From: Haplodiscus bocki
Taxonomy: Eukaryota
Assembly: GCA_965655095.1 (NCBI GenBank)
Contig: OZ296656.1
Location: forward strand, 71,238,001 to 71,302,000
Direction of reading: 5' to 3'
Length of the DNA: 64,000 nucleotides
Notes under the pieces: generated by a model
What the model was told of the DNA's origin: nothing
The model's input: the letters and a program-made list of their open reading frames with translations, nothing else
The model's database searches: none
In this document: in pieces, positions 48,201-59,330 of the stretch
Layout: the number at the start of each line of letters is the position of its first letter
Position numbering within the stretch: the stretch's first letter is position 1
Translations under genes and position numbers: made by a program

Positions 48201-50344
48201 CGCAAAGCAGAAAAAGTGCAATTTATTTCTTGATAAATTTTTTCAAAAGAATGAGAAAAACCTTAAAAAGTTAGAAAGTGAACAAACATTATTAGAAAAT
48301 GATGAGGAAAACCCCATCTCAAAATTTGAAGTGGAACGGGCAATTATGAAACTAAATAGTCGAAGTGCCCCAGGTGCAGATGGTCTAACATCTGACCTAT
48401 ACAAAAGCCAAAAAGAATTTTTTGTTCCGTTACTAACCAAACTTTTCAATGATATCCATAAAACGAATAATGTTCTTCCTTCATTTGAATTAGCCGTAAT
48501 AAAACTAATAGAAAAGAAACACAATGTATATGACATAGGTAACTTCAGACCAATTAGTCTCATTAATACAGACCAAAAAGTCCTGTCTCATGTAATAGCT
48601 CATAGACTAAAAAGTGTATTAGATGTGTTAATTGGCCCACATCAAACTGCACATCTATCAAACAGAAACATCAACTCTTCCCTTCTAAAACTTCAAACTT
48701 TTGCAACTGGAATGTCAAAAAGAAAAGGAATAATAGCATTAGACTTCAATAAAGTTTTTGATAAAGTGAATCGAAAGTATATGATGGAATTGATCAATCG
48801 ACTCCCCATAGACTGTCAAACTAAAAACATCAGAAGAAAAATGTATGAAAATACAGTTGCGACAATAAACATAAAAGGTATCTTCTCCAAATCCTTCAAA
48901 ACCGAAACTGGAGTAAGACAAGGTTGTCCTATGTCAGCTCTTATGTTTAACCTTGCTATTGAACCTCTTATCCAAACAATTGAACAATCCAAACTAATCA
49001 AATCATCACAAAAAGTAAAGTCAATAGCCTTTGCAGATGATATCTCAATCTGCATGAATCTTCAGTCCATAGGTAGCCTCACAGGCATTCTAAACAGATT
49101 TGCATAGATCTCAGGTTTGACAGTCAATGTTGAAAAATGTACTCACGGAAGGGAAGACCTATGAACAAGAAAAATGGAAGCTAGAAAAGGTCTCACGGAC
49201 AAAAATCTTAGGAATTAATATCAACGTAAAAGGAACACTTGACCAAGAAAACAAAAGCGATCTAATCCAAACAGCTAAAAAAGCAGCACTCTATGTGAGA
49301 CCAGCCGTATCTCTCCGGGCCAGAGCGAAAAACATTGAAACTTTCGTAATGCCAAAATTAATTTACTTTCTCAGGCATTACTCAAAAGCTAAAACACTAA
49401 CAAGAAAGTTAAACTCAAAACTAATAAATCATTTATGGCTGAATCAAAAACACAACGTAAATCAAGAAATAGTAAACACGCCTGAAAAGGACGGTGGAGT
49501 TGGACTAAAAAATCTTGAAAAATGCATTCTGACAGCCAAAGTAATGAATTTGAGAACACTAGCTTTCGGTTCCAAGGACAAACATTTTAATCCAACATAA
49601 AAGCAAAGCAAAGCGTTCAACAATCTGAAAAATGACATGCACAAAGATGGAATCGAAATATTGGAACTAACTCCTGATAAACTAACTATTCAATACTTTT
49701 TAAAAAGCCTTGAAATCAAAAATCATACCTCATAGAAACAACTATATGAATTCTTGGTAAAATCCGTTATAACAATCCCTTGTTTCAAGAATATTAACAT
49801 CTCGGCGATGAAACTTCACATGTCTCCAAACATCATATTTGAATTCCTAGCTAAACTATGGAAAAACCGCCGGTTAAAATCCTTTGATAAAAATATCCTA
49901 TATAATTTTCTCATGAATGCATATCTTGAAAAACAAGAAAAGTGGCTAAAAAATCTAGTACCACACCCGCTCTGCTTTGCTTGCGAAGAAACATTTGAAA
50001 CTTGGAACCACCTCATGTTTGAATGTCCACAGCTAGCCCTAATAAGAAGCACACTAAAAATCCAAACGTGGAAAGACATATTACTAGACAAAACTTGCCT
50101 GTCAGCCAAACTGCTGGTGGCAATAATACTGTCCTCATGGATAGGAACACCAGGTAAATACTTAAACTTTTTCACACAAAAACTAAAAAACAACAATACA
50201 ACATACCAGTTACATACCTCTTAGCCTCACTTGTCACTTTATATTAATTAAATATTAATAGAACTTTTGTTACAGTTTTATTACTGGTTTATTCTATTTG
50301 ATGTCTCTGTAGATTTGTAACTTTTTCAAATAAATTCTTCAAAA
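45288..50344 (+). mobile_element. E11: family B (subfamily B3) full-length element
   Basis: Motif variant GCCTAATTGTTGTGCTA; ORF1 45448-46945 (broken near 45837); ORF2 46935-50224; ends AATAAATTCTTCAAAA. Confidence 0.93.
46935..50224 (+). pseudogene. E11 ORF2 EN-RT, disrupted
   Basis: LNVRGL, SDH, APGADG, RPISLINTDQK, GVRQGCPMS, FADD, CFAC finger; several stops and frameshifts. Confidence 0.92.
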
Positions 50345-50455
50345 GCCTAATTGTTGTGATACTGCCTCGTTACTCTGCTGGACGAGAGAGTTTATTTACA
50401 CAGCGCCATATCACTAATCTTGCAGTGAAATCTGCAAAATTTGAGCAAGTGCAAG

Positions 50456-51926
50456 ATGACTAATCTGAACACGAACGAGCTTGATAATAAAAGTTACAAA
50501 AATGTTCTTGATTCCTCTTCGAATTCGACCTCAAATTCTGAAAATTTGCCAATTGTCATTAACTTTGCTTTACCGCTGACAGTGGAAATTCTTAAGAACT
50601 ACAAATTGCTTGATAAAATCTTTGTTGAAGCTGTTATTGCTGTAAAAAAAAACAATTAAACTCCAATGAAATTACCATCTTCAAAAGTACAATTTTGCGA
50701 AACAAAGGCAATTTGAAATGCATTACCGTTATCATTCCTGCCAAGCTTGAAAATGCAGCTACTTCACTTATTTATGATGGCATTACAATTCGTGAACGAC
50801 AAATACGGCCTTATTCTGTTCAACACTCCAACCCAAACAACAGTGCCTATCCACAAAAAGATTACCGATTTCATTCCGAAACGTTCCTCACTTCTTGAAT
50901 GACAACGATATTTTGCAAAACTGTGGTCTTCAAAGCTTCACATTTGGCAGCAAGATTATTCACCAACAACGGAAACTCTCTGATGGCGGCCTGTTTTTCA
51001 CTGGGGAAGCGAGAACAACAGTCTTGATCAACAATGAAGATGAGGAAAGTTTACTTCAGAACTGGGCCAACTCAGCATATGACAAAATCTTCCTTTGTAG
51101 TGGCGTTTACTTCAAGTGTTGCTGTATTCCACTCATCCAATGCCCTCTATGCGCTAGTGACAACCTACCCAGTGCACATCATCACTCAAGATGCCCAAAA
51201 CAACCACCAGAAGAAAGCCAAATGAGAACTGATGAACAAAGTCCAAACGAGAAAGTATCAACAGACTGTGTTATGGGAACTTCAGAAACAGTGTCAATGC
51301 ACAAGGAACGTGAAATTTCAGCCTCTGAAGATGAAGAACCAATCTCCAAAGCAGGCCGATGAAGCTGCTGAAACAGAGACAAGTGACAGTGATGAGGAGC
51401 TATCAACAGCAGAACAAAGTGATGATCTCGCAGAAAAAGATGTAACTCCCACTCCAGAACCCAAACCAGAGCAAAAGACAACCCATTCAACCACTGCACT
51501 TCCCGCAAGATCTGAATGGACCAGTGAACGAGGTTATCCTTATAAGCCAGCTGCAGAACAGAAGTATCCATTCTTTTTAGAAGAGAGTCAGAACAAAATT
51601 TTAACACCCGAAATCATTTTCAAACAAATTTCTTCTATGAAAGAATATTTGAATAAAACTTGTCAAACCTCTGGAACCATCAATCTTTTAGATGAAGATA
51701 AAGAAGTTTCAAATTAGTACAGCCGCTTAAAAGATCTAAAGTTGAAGAACTTTTTAGTCAATCCAACTGGAAAGCTAATGACTCTGATGATATTTTAGCT
51801 TCACATTTTCAATTTTATACAACTATTAGGAAATTTGACCCCTTCTATGATGCGAAAACACGTCAAATTTTCACAATCAACCTGCTGAATAGAATTGTGA
51901 AAACTTTTACGCCGGTAAAACCGTGA
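50456..51926 (+). pseudogene. E12 divergent ORF1-like protein with extra C-terminal domain, frameshifted
   Basis: Stitched fragments give GITIRERQIRPY, AYP, FFTGEART, CPLC-x8-H-x4-C, acidic linker, then LVQPL..EELF..FTINLLNRIVKTFT. Confidence 0.75.
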
Positions 51927-52316
51927 AATAGTCTTTGAAATAATGTAACCAAAAGATGAAAAACTGCGAACTTTTGACTTGACAAACCATTTATTTTCTA
52001 CAAAACTTTCAATAGAAACCTACAACTTACAAGTCTTTCAAACATCCTTATTAGACCTTCTGAAGGTTCAGACTTTAATTAAACTCCAAAACCTCTGTTA
52101 GGAGTAAACCGTAACTTTGCAACATAGTTTTCCATAACTCTAGACTATATCATACCGACTTTCACCATTCACTTTATAGTATAACCAACATCCCTCCATA
52201 TGAAAGTGCTGTTTATTTCTTTGAATGGTGCTTCTTACTATATAAAACTTCCCATATTTATACTTTACCTACCTACATAAAAACTTTGATGTTACTTGTG
52301 AATTTATAGACTGCAT

Positions 52317-52332
52317 AATAAATTCTTTAAAA
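52317..52332 (+). terminator. Conserved unit-end motif AATAAATTCTTTAAAA, poly(A)-signal-like hexamer plus fixed short A run (representative copy of 13)
   Basis: Variants at 4588, 10991, 23152, 28188, 33179, 38426, 43506, 45272, 50329, 57657, 59315, 61302. Confidence 0.75.
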
Positions 52333-52518
52333 GCCTAATTGTTGTGATAGCGTTACTCTGTCAGAGAATTAACTTTGTTTGTTTAACGCCATTCTTGCAA
52401 AACCTTGCAGCTCTTGCAAATTTTGAGCAAAATTGAGATACCGAACGAACTTGTTTCTCAAGTTGTGATTTAAGTTTCGTTATTTCCTTCGCTTTCATTT
52501 TGTTTTTTACCTTACAAA

Positions 52519-54241
52519 ATGCCATTACAAAAACATAACTTTCTCAGGAAGAACACAGGACCTCCGGTCAGATTCCCCGCATATGAACCCAAAACACCAT
52601 TTATAAGCCTAGAAGAATTCAACAAACAACAAGCACCAGAATATTCAAAAGAAAATTTCCCACAAGTCTCAACATCCAAGAATGACACTTTACAACAACC
52701 CAGAAGTAAATGGCAGACAAAAAAATTGTACATTCCAAAATTTCGAAAACGATCCGATAACGTATTCAAGCAACCAGAAAATTACCCGCAACTCAACAAC
52801 AAACAACATTGTGGCTGCTAACAGCAATGAAATGCCCATAGAACAATGTGAGAGCTCGGTGCCAAAGTACAATCAACCAGCCAATGCCCAAAATACTGAA
52901 CACTGTGAGTGTGATGAAGTAAACAGTCAACACCCAAAATCAAATTGTCACAACTCTGACATTGCTTCATCTGCCATTTCAGAGCAAGGGCATCAGCAAT
53001 CTTGCTCTTCTACTCCTGAGCAGATAACTGCAGAAACTGTTGCTCCTCCTCTCGTGGAGAAAGCTGCTGGAAATGCTCCTTCCTTCAGTGATAAAGTGAA
53101 ACAGACAAATAGTTACAAAGAGTACAGAAGATAACGTATCCTGCGGATGAAGGTGGTTCCACCCTTCCGAAGGGAACACTTCCTGGATAGACAAAAAATG
53201 GAATCTGACGTGAATGCTGCAATTAGAGAAATCCTCTGCATATTCCATCCAAAGTTCAGACCAATGGTCACCATTTCACGTACTAATTTAACTCAACTAA
53301 ATCGGAACATCCAGATACTAATGGTAACGGCACCCGAAGAAGCAGAGGAAGACCTAGCTAGAGCGAAGTTAAATGGAATTCAGATAATGGGGAAGACGGT
53401 GTTTCCGACAGGAGAAGAATTCTGGACATTCTTGCCTTCAGAATTCCCAAAGAGAGCATTGCTGCGTGTCAATAATCTCCCAATACTTTGCACTGACGAA
53501 GAGTTAGAAGAGCTCATGGAGTTGCCAGCGGACATAAAACTTACAGGTGATCTCCTACGGGAATCAGAAGAGACCGAACTGGGCAGACTGTTTACAGGAC
53601 GGGCAATGGTTCCTATTATCATACCATCAAAAAAACACGAGAACTTAGTTAAACAATGGTCAATACGCAAGAACTCAGAGAATATTACCATCTGGAACGA
53701 GGTTCCAATTTATATGAGTGTGCCCAGCCTGCATAAATGCAGGTTATGCGAACAAGAGGGCAGGAGACAAGTGATTGGCCATGATGAAAAATGGTGCCGA
53801 ATCGTCCGCCAGACAACGAAACCCCTGGAAGAAGAAGCTCAAACTCATGAAAGCGTGGAAAATGAAGTGCAAATGGTGCCTCAAAACGAACAAACCAAAG
53901 AAAGTGAGATGCAACAGAACAGTACACCTGCAGACGACTATCACAATGTCTCTCATACCCCGGCCTCCGATGATGACAATGACGAAACAGTAGCAACTAA
54001 TCCAAATAATTCAGAAGATGACGTTGTCTCTCATACCTCTTCCTCCGATGATGACAATAATGAAACAGTAGCAACTAATCAAAACAGCGACCATGATGGA
54101 AGGAAAAGAAACTGGCAGGAAGTGAAAAAGAAGAAAAGAAAGAGAAGTAATAAGTCAACAAAATCATTGAACAGTGGCAAAGCAACAAATTCAACAGAAT
54201 ACCCGGTGAGGAAAAGTCTGAACTTAAACTCAAATGGCTAG
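52519..54241 (+). pseudogene. E13 ORF1, disrupted upstream of the conserved core (53147-54241 open)
   Basis: N-terminus FPAYEPKTPFISLEEFNKQ aligns with E11 FPPYEPETPFMSLEDFNKQ; core MKVVPPFRREHF...CRLC-x10-H-x4-C. Confidence 0.82.
53947..54080 (+). repeat. Two-copy 78-bp in-frame repeat in E13 ORF1 (VSHT..SDDDN.ETVATN); also at ~62932-63065
   Basis: Visible in both DNA and translation. Confidence 0.85.
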
Positions 54242-57200
54242 TTTCTCCTTCTTGCAGCCTGTAGACTGCTTTTCTTGTAATATAAGGGGTCTGAAAAATC
54301 CGGAACGTTTAGTAGAAATTTGTGACATTGTTAAAAACAAAAGTAAAAGTAAAAATAACATAATAACCATACAGGAAACAAAAATACAAAATCTAAAGGA
54401 GGAACATAAAAGAGTCTTGAAAAATTTTAAACTTACTTATGAGATTGTACCTGCCAGGGGAACCGCTGGAGGTCTTTTAACCCTGTTTCCAGAATCACTA
54501 AACGTAAAACCCGTTATAAAAACTGATAATGTGTTAGCTCTTGCTCTGAATCAAAATGGTCCAATAATTTGTAATGTTTATATCAACCCAAAAGATTACC
54601 ATATGAAGGCCTTCGAAATTGCTTGTGAGGACCTTCGTGAAATATCGGATAATGGAATTCTCTTTATGGGTGACTTCAATGCCATCGAACCCAATCAACA
54701 CTACGATAAAGAAAAAATGTTCCCAAAAAACAATGATATCAGAATTACCAGATATCTCCGAATTTCTCGATTTCTAAACTTTTTTAATGCTTTTGACCTA
54801 GGAAAAACCCTAAGTATGATGGAAGCCACTCATTTTGATAAAAGAACAAGAGCTAACACAAGAATTGACTACTTCTTTGGAAACATCAATGTTCAAAATT
54901 CGAAAATGTTTCTACACTCAACCTCTTTCTCCGATCATAAATGCCTTCATCTTACCTATTTTATGAATGAAAATCAAATCGGAAATGGTTCGTGGAAGTT
55001 AAACAATGAGATTTTGCTGAAGGAAGCTGAAATAAAGGAGATAATACTGAACTGTTTTGAAAAAACCTCAGATATGGCGAGAAAATATGATTTATATAAG
55101 TCAAAACTTAGAGACCTCTTGCGTCTGCTATGTATTCGAAATGCAAAAGAAGAGAAATTTTTGGGTTTAAAAGTGGAGAGAGAGGTTGAGTTTTCAACTA
55201 AAAACCTGCAATCCAAAAAAGTTTGTTCGAAAAGTGATCTGGAAAATCATGAAGAAAAAGTAGAAAAACTGAAAACTTTTCAGGCTACCAGAGCAAAAGT
55301 GATTCTTCATTCTATAAAAAATTTTTATATGGATGTTAATGAAGGTGATCCAAAATCAACAAAATCAACGTTGAGAATTTTTGCAGAAAAACGCGAAATA
55401 AGAAAAGTCATCAACTCAGAAGGTGTGCCCATTGAAGATGAAAACGACATTCTTGATGAATTTGCCAGATACTTTGAAAAATGCTACAAACGGCCAAACG
55501 ATAGCAAAAAAATGGATCAAAAACTGTATGTAAGGAAGAAACACCTTCACAAATTTTTTAAAAAGAACAGAACGATACTTGAAGACTATAAGCTTCAGAA
55601 TGAAATCCAAAATGATGATGACAAGCCAATAACAGAATTTGAAGTCGAAAAAGCAGTTATGAAGCTGAATAGCAAAAGTGCTCCTGGATCGGATGGTCTA
55701 ACCTCTGACCTATATAAAACCCAAAAAGAAGTGTTTATACCCATTTTGACGGAATTATTTAATAAGATCCATGAGACTCAATATGTTCCTCCTTCTTTTA
55801 AACAAGCGATCATAAAACTGATACCAAAAAAGCCCAACAATGTAAACATAGAAAATTTCCGTCCAATCAGTCTGATCAACACTGATCAGAAAATTCTATC
55901 ACACATCATAGCAGAAAGGCTGCGCAAGGTCCTAAATGTGTTAATTGGGAGGCATCAAACTGCTCACTTGACAAACAGGAACATTAATACATCATTAATG
56001 AAACTACAAAAGTTCGCAACAGAAATGTCAAAAAGAGAAGGTATAGTAGCACTTGATTTTAATAAAGCTTTTGACAAAGTAAATAGGGAATACTTAATGG
56101 AGATGATAGGACGCCTTCCTTTAGATCGTCAAACAAAAAATATCATTAACAAGACTTATGAGGAGACAATTGCTTTGATAAATATCAGAGGCTCTTTCTC
56201 CCTTCCTTTCAAAACTGAAACCGGTGTTCGACAAGGCTGTCCCATGTCAGCACTAATGCTCAATCTTGCAATCGAACCGCTACTACAACGTATTCAAAAC
56301 ACCAACTTTATCAAATCCTCTCAAGAAATTAAATCGATAGCCTTCGCCGATGATATCTCTATATGTATGTACACAAGCTCGATCGGAAATCTCTTTGCAA
56401 TTCTCAAAGACTTTGCGGATATGTCTGATTTAACAGTTAATATCGACAAAAGTAAAACGCTCACAGCTGGCAAAATGTATAAAGAGGAAAAATGGAAGCT
56501 ACAAAAAGTAAAACGAGCAAAAATACTAGGTTTATATATAAATGTTGGCGGAAAACTAGATAATGAAACAAAGAATGAAATGATGAGTACAGCTTTGAAA
56601 ACTTCCCAGTTCATGGGACCCACACTTTCTTTGCATGCAAGAGCAAAAAACATTGAGACCTTTATCGTTCCCAAACTCATATATTCTCTGAGGCACTATC
56701 CAAAATCCAAATCGTTCATGAAAAAACTGAATGCGGTAATCATTAATCAATTATGGTTAGACAAAAAACACAATGTTAATCAAGAAATCGTCAACACACC
56801 ACATCAACAAGGGGGTATAGGTTTGAGAAACCTACAAAAATTAATATTTACAGCCAAGTTGATGGATTTAAAAAACTTAGCGTTTTGTGATCTTGAGAAA
56901 TCCTTTGTTCCCACGTACAAAAACTCAAAAGCTTTCAGTAATCTGTTGAATGATCTAAAACACGATGGTATTGAAATATTAGAGTTCGACATTAGAAGTG
57001 TATCCTTTAATTTCTTCTTCCAAAGCTTTGAAGTGACCGAAAAAACAACCTTCAAAGAAATATATAAATTCTTGATAGAATCAATCATCGCAATTACATG
57101 TTTCAAAAATATTAACATGACTGCAATGAAACTCAATATTTCTCCCAATATCATAATGGACTTCATTAAAAAGCTTTGGAAGAACAAGAGACTAAAATCC

Positions 57201-57506
57201 TTTGATAAAAACATTCTGTATAACTTTCTAATGAACTCATATCTTGAGAAACAAGAAAAATGGTTAAAACAATTAGTCCCGCATCCACTATGCTTCGCAT
57301 GTGGTGAAAAATTTGAAACGTGGGATCACCTATTGTTTGAATGCCGTGAATTTTCCAAGACTCGTAACTTACTAAAACTAAAAAACTGGTCAGATGTCTT
57401 TACAGACAAGACTGGCCTAGCACCCAAACTTTTAGTAGTAGTAGCTGTAGTACTATCATCACGGACAGAGGAAAAAGGTAACTACTTTCAATTTCTAACG
57501 AAATAA
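54234..57506 (+). CDS. E13 ORF2: intact 1090-aa APE endonuclease / reverse transcriptase / zinc-finger protein (L1/Tx1 type)
   Basis: CNIRGL, IQET, GDFN, THFDKRT..TRIDY, SDH; APGSDG, RPISLINTDQKI, HQ, LDFNKAFD, GVRQGCPMS, FADD, GGIGL; CFAC..ETWDHLLFEC. Confidence 0.95.
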   Translation: MASFSFLQPVDCFSCNIRGLKNPERLVEICDIVKNKSKSKNNIITIQETKIQNLKEEHKRVLKNFKLTYEIVPARGTAGGLLTLFPESLNVKPVIKTDNVLALALNQNGPIICNVYINPKDYHMKAFEIACEDLREISDNGILFMGDFNAIEPNQHYDKEKMFPKNNDIRITRYLRISRFLNFFNAFDLGKTLSMMEATHFDKRTRANTRIDYFFGNINVQNSKMFLHSTSFSDHKCLHLTYFMNENQIGNGSWKLNNEILLKEAEIKEIILNCFEKTSDMARKYDLYKSKLRDLLRLLCIRNAKEEKFLGLKVEREVEFSTKNLQSKKVCSKSDLENHEEKVEKLKTFQATRAKVILHSIKNFYMDVNEGDPKSTKSTLRIFAEKREIRKVINSEGVPIEDENDILDEFARYFEKCYKRPNDSKKMDQKLYVRKKHLHKFFKKNRTILEDYKLQNEIQNDDDKPITEFEVEKAVMKLNSKSAPGSDGLTSDLYKTQKEVFIPILTELFNKIHETQYVPPSFKQAIIKLIPKKPNNVNIENFRPISLINTDQKILSHIIAERLRKVLNVLIGRHQTAHLTNRNINTSLMKLQKFATEMSKREGIVALDFNKAFDKVNREYLMEMIGRLPLDRQTKNIINKTYEETIALINIRGSFSLPFKTETGVRQGCPMSALMLNLAIEPLLQRIQNTNFIKSSQEIKSIAFADDISICMYTSSIGNLFAILKDFADMSDLTVNIDKSKTLTAGKMYKEEKWKLQKVKRAKILGLYINVGGKLDNETKNEMMSTALKTSQFMGPTLSLHARAKNIETFIVPKLIYSLRHYPKSKSFMKKLNAVIINQLWLDKKHNVNQEIVNTPHQQGGIGLRNLQKLIFTAKLMDLKNLAFCDLEKSFVPTYKNSKAFSNLLNDLKHDGIEILEFDIRSVSFNFFFQSFEVTEKTTFKEIYKFLIESIIAITCFKNINMTAMKLNISPNIIMDFIKKLWKNKRLKSFDKNILYNFLMNSYLEKQEKWLKQLVPHPLCFACGEKFETWDHLLFECREFSKTRNLLKLKNWSDVFTDKTGLAPKLLVVVAVVLSSRTEEKGNYFQFLTK

Positions 57507-57672
57507 GACAACGATACTAAGTTGCATCTTCCATTACAGACCCCTAAACTTTTCATCCTTTATATTTTTACATCCTTTACTTGACATTTATTTACGTTCT
57601 CATTTATTTATTTACTTTCAAATTGTTTGATTACTTGTAGATTCAGATTTGGTTATAATAAATTCTTTAAAA

Positions 57673-59330
57673 GCCTTGTTGTGATAGCGCGAGGCGAAAC
57701 GCTGCCGGATTTAATTTTGGCCTATTTTCGTCCAATCGCTGCTAACTTTGCAAATTATTCGCAAAATGTCTTTGTTGAATTCAAAGCAAGAACGAAATTA
57801 TGCTCAAAGTGTTAATGAAGCCACAGCAAATTTAGCAGCTTCTGTTCCTATCATTGTACGTTTTGTTTTACCAATTCCAAAAGAATTTAATGGCAGATTA
57901 CTCGACAAACTGTTCTTAGAGTCTATTGTTGCCGTCCAAAATTGCTTACCACGTGAACAAGCTGCACAAACTACAATATTTAAATGCACAATCCAACGAA
58001 AACGAGGAAAATTGAAGGCAATTACCGTAATTTTCCCCTCAAATTTGCGGAAAGATGCGACAGATTTGTTAACTAGAGGTATTATCATGAATGGCAGAAC
58101 CATTCCTCCTTATTCAATTCACGACCCGTCAAATTCAGATGCTGATTATCCAAAACATTTTCGAATTTCGTTCAGAAACATGCCGCATTGCTTATCAAAG
58201 GAAGATATTGTTACATCTTGTGGATTGGAATCTTTCAAAATGGGAGAAATTATACATCAGCAGAGACGCCTGCCAAACGGAAGCCTGTTTTACACAGGTT
58301 TGCCCAGAGTTGACGCCATTATTGAAAATTTAGATGAAAAAAAAACAGACTCAAAGAGTGGTCCAAAGATGCCTTTCAACAAAGTTTCTACTGCAATGGT
58401 GCAATATTTCAATGTTACTGCCCTGCCTTCGCAACTAATTCGGAAAAAGCCTCTGAAAAGCAAAACCAACAACCACCCCCACAAAAGAAGCAAGCTACAG
58501 AACACATGGCCCCAGAGCAACAAGCAGAATCTACTATTGAGTCTCAGCAAGAACAAACAGATTCCGTTACCATAACTTCGACTGAAGAAGTTGCATGTGA
58601 AATTGAAGCAGTACAACCTGAACAAGATGCCCAAGAAATGGAATGTCACTCTTCTTCTGAGGAAGAAACGCCTGAAAATGATACGCAAACCGAACTTGCC
58701 TCCAAAATCCAGAAACGACAAAAGTCGACCCATTATTTTGACCTCATTAGAAGACAAATATTCGATGAAAAGACTATGCTGAGAACCTATCCAGAAGCAC
58801 AATCCCTCATAGAGGAACAACACCATATTAGAATTGAAGATGACAACCAAAAGTGCTTAAACGAGCTGTTTTTAGTACAAGTTTTAACAGAACAAGAAGA
58901 ACTCTTTGATAATTTCAAAATTTTCAATGGTGGAACTAGTATTGATTCATACTATAAATTTGTAGAAGTTAGACGAAGATATGCTGTAAATTTGGAGCGC
59001 GAAGCCTTAAATCTTTTCTGTGCTAACCTTTTTGGTCATGTGAAATGTACATTTACCCTAAGAAAAATTCCTTCCTTTCAGAACTGAAAAATGAGATTTT
59101 GAGAACCTTTAAACTTCTTGATTTTTCCACAAAAAAAATACATACTACTCTAGATCCAAATTCTTTTTGAGTACAATTTGCATCTTTTCAATCAGGCTTT
59201 TTTTGGAGCTACACTCTCATACACATGAAACTATAGTGCATCACTCAATTTAATTGTACTATGAACATACTTATATACTAAATTTTATAGTATTGGTAAA
59301 TTTGTAGTCTCCTTAATAAATTCTTCAAAA
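57673..59330 (+). mobile_element. E14: family E non-autonomous ORF1-only element (~1.66 kb)
   Basis: Motif variant GCCTTGTTGTGATA; single frameshifted ORF 57766-59087; ends AATAAATTCTTCAAAA; no EN or RT. Confidence 0.85.
57766..59087 (+). pseudogene. E14 divergent ORF1-like protein with extra C-terminal domain, frameshifted
   Basis: GIIMNGRTIPPY, YPKHFRISFRNMP, FYTG align with the ORF1 cores; LLDKLFLES and IIHQQRRL align with family D. Confidence 0.75.

Larger units (their letters stand above)
50345..52332 (+). mobile_element. E12: family D non-autonomous ORF1-only element (~2.0 kb)
   Basis: Both terminal motifs present; a single frameshifted ORF1-like gene 50456-51926; no EN or RT sequence. 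Confidence 0.85.
52333..57672 (+). mobile_element. E13: family B (subfamily B4) full-length element with intact ORF2
   Basis: Motif at 52333; ORF1 52519-54241 (frameshift plus stop at 53132-53134); ORF2 54234-57506 open; ends AATAAATTCTTTAAAA. Confidence 0.94.
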
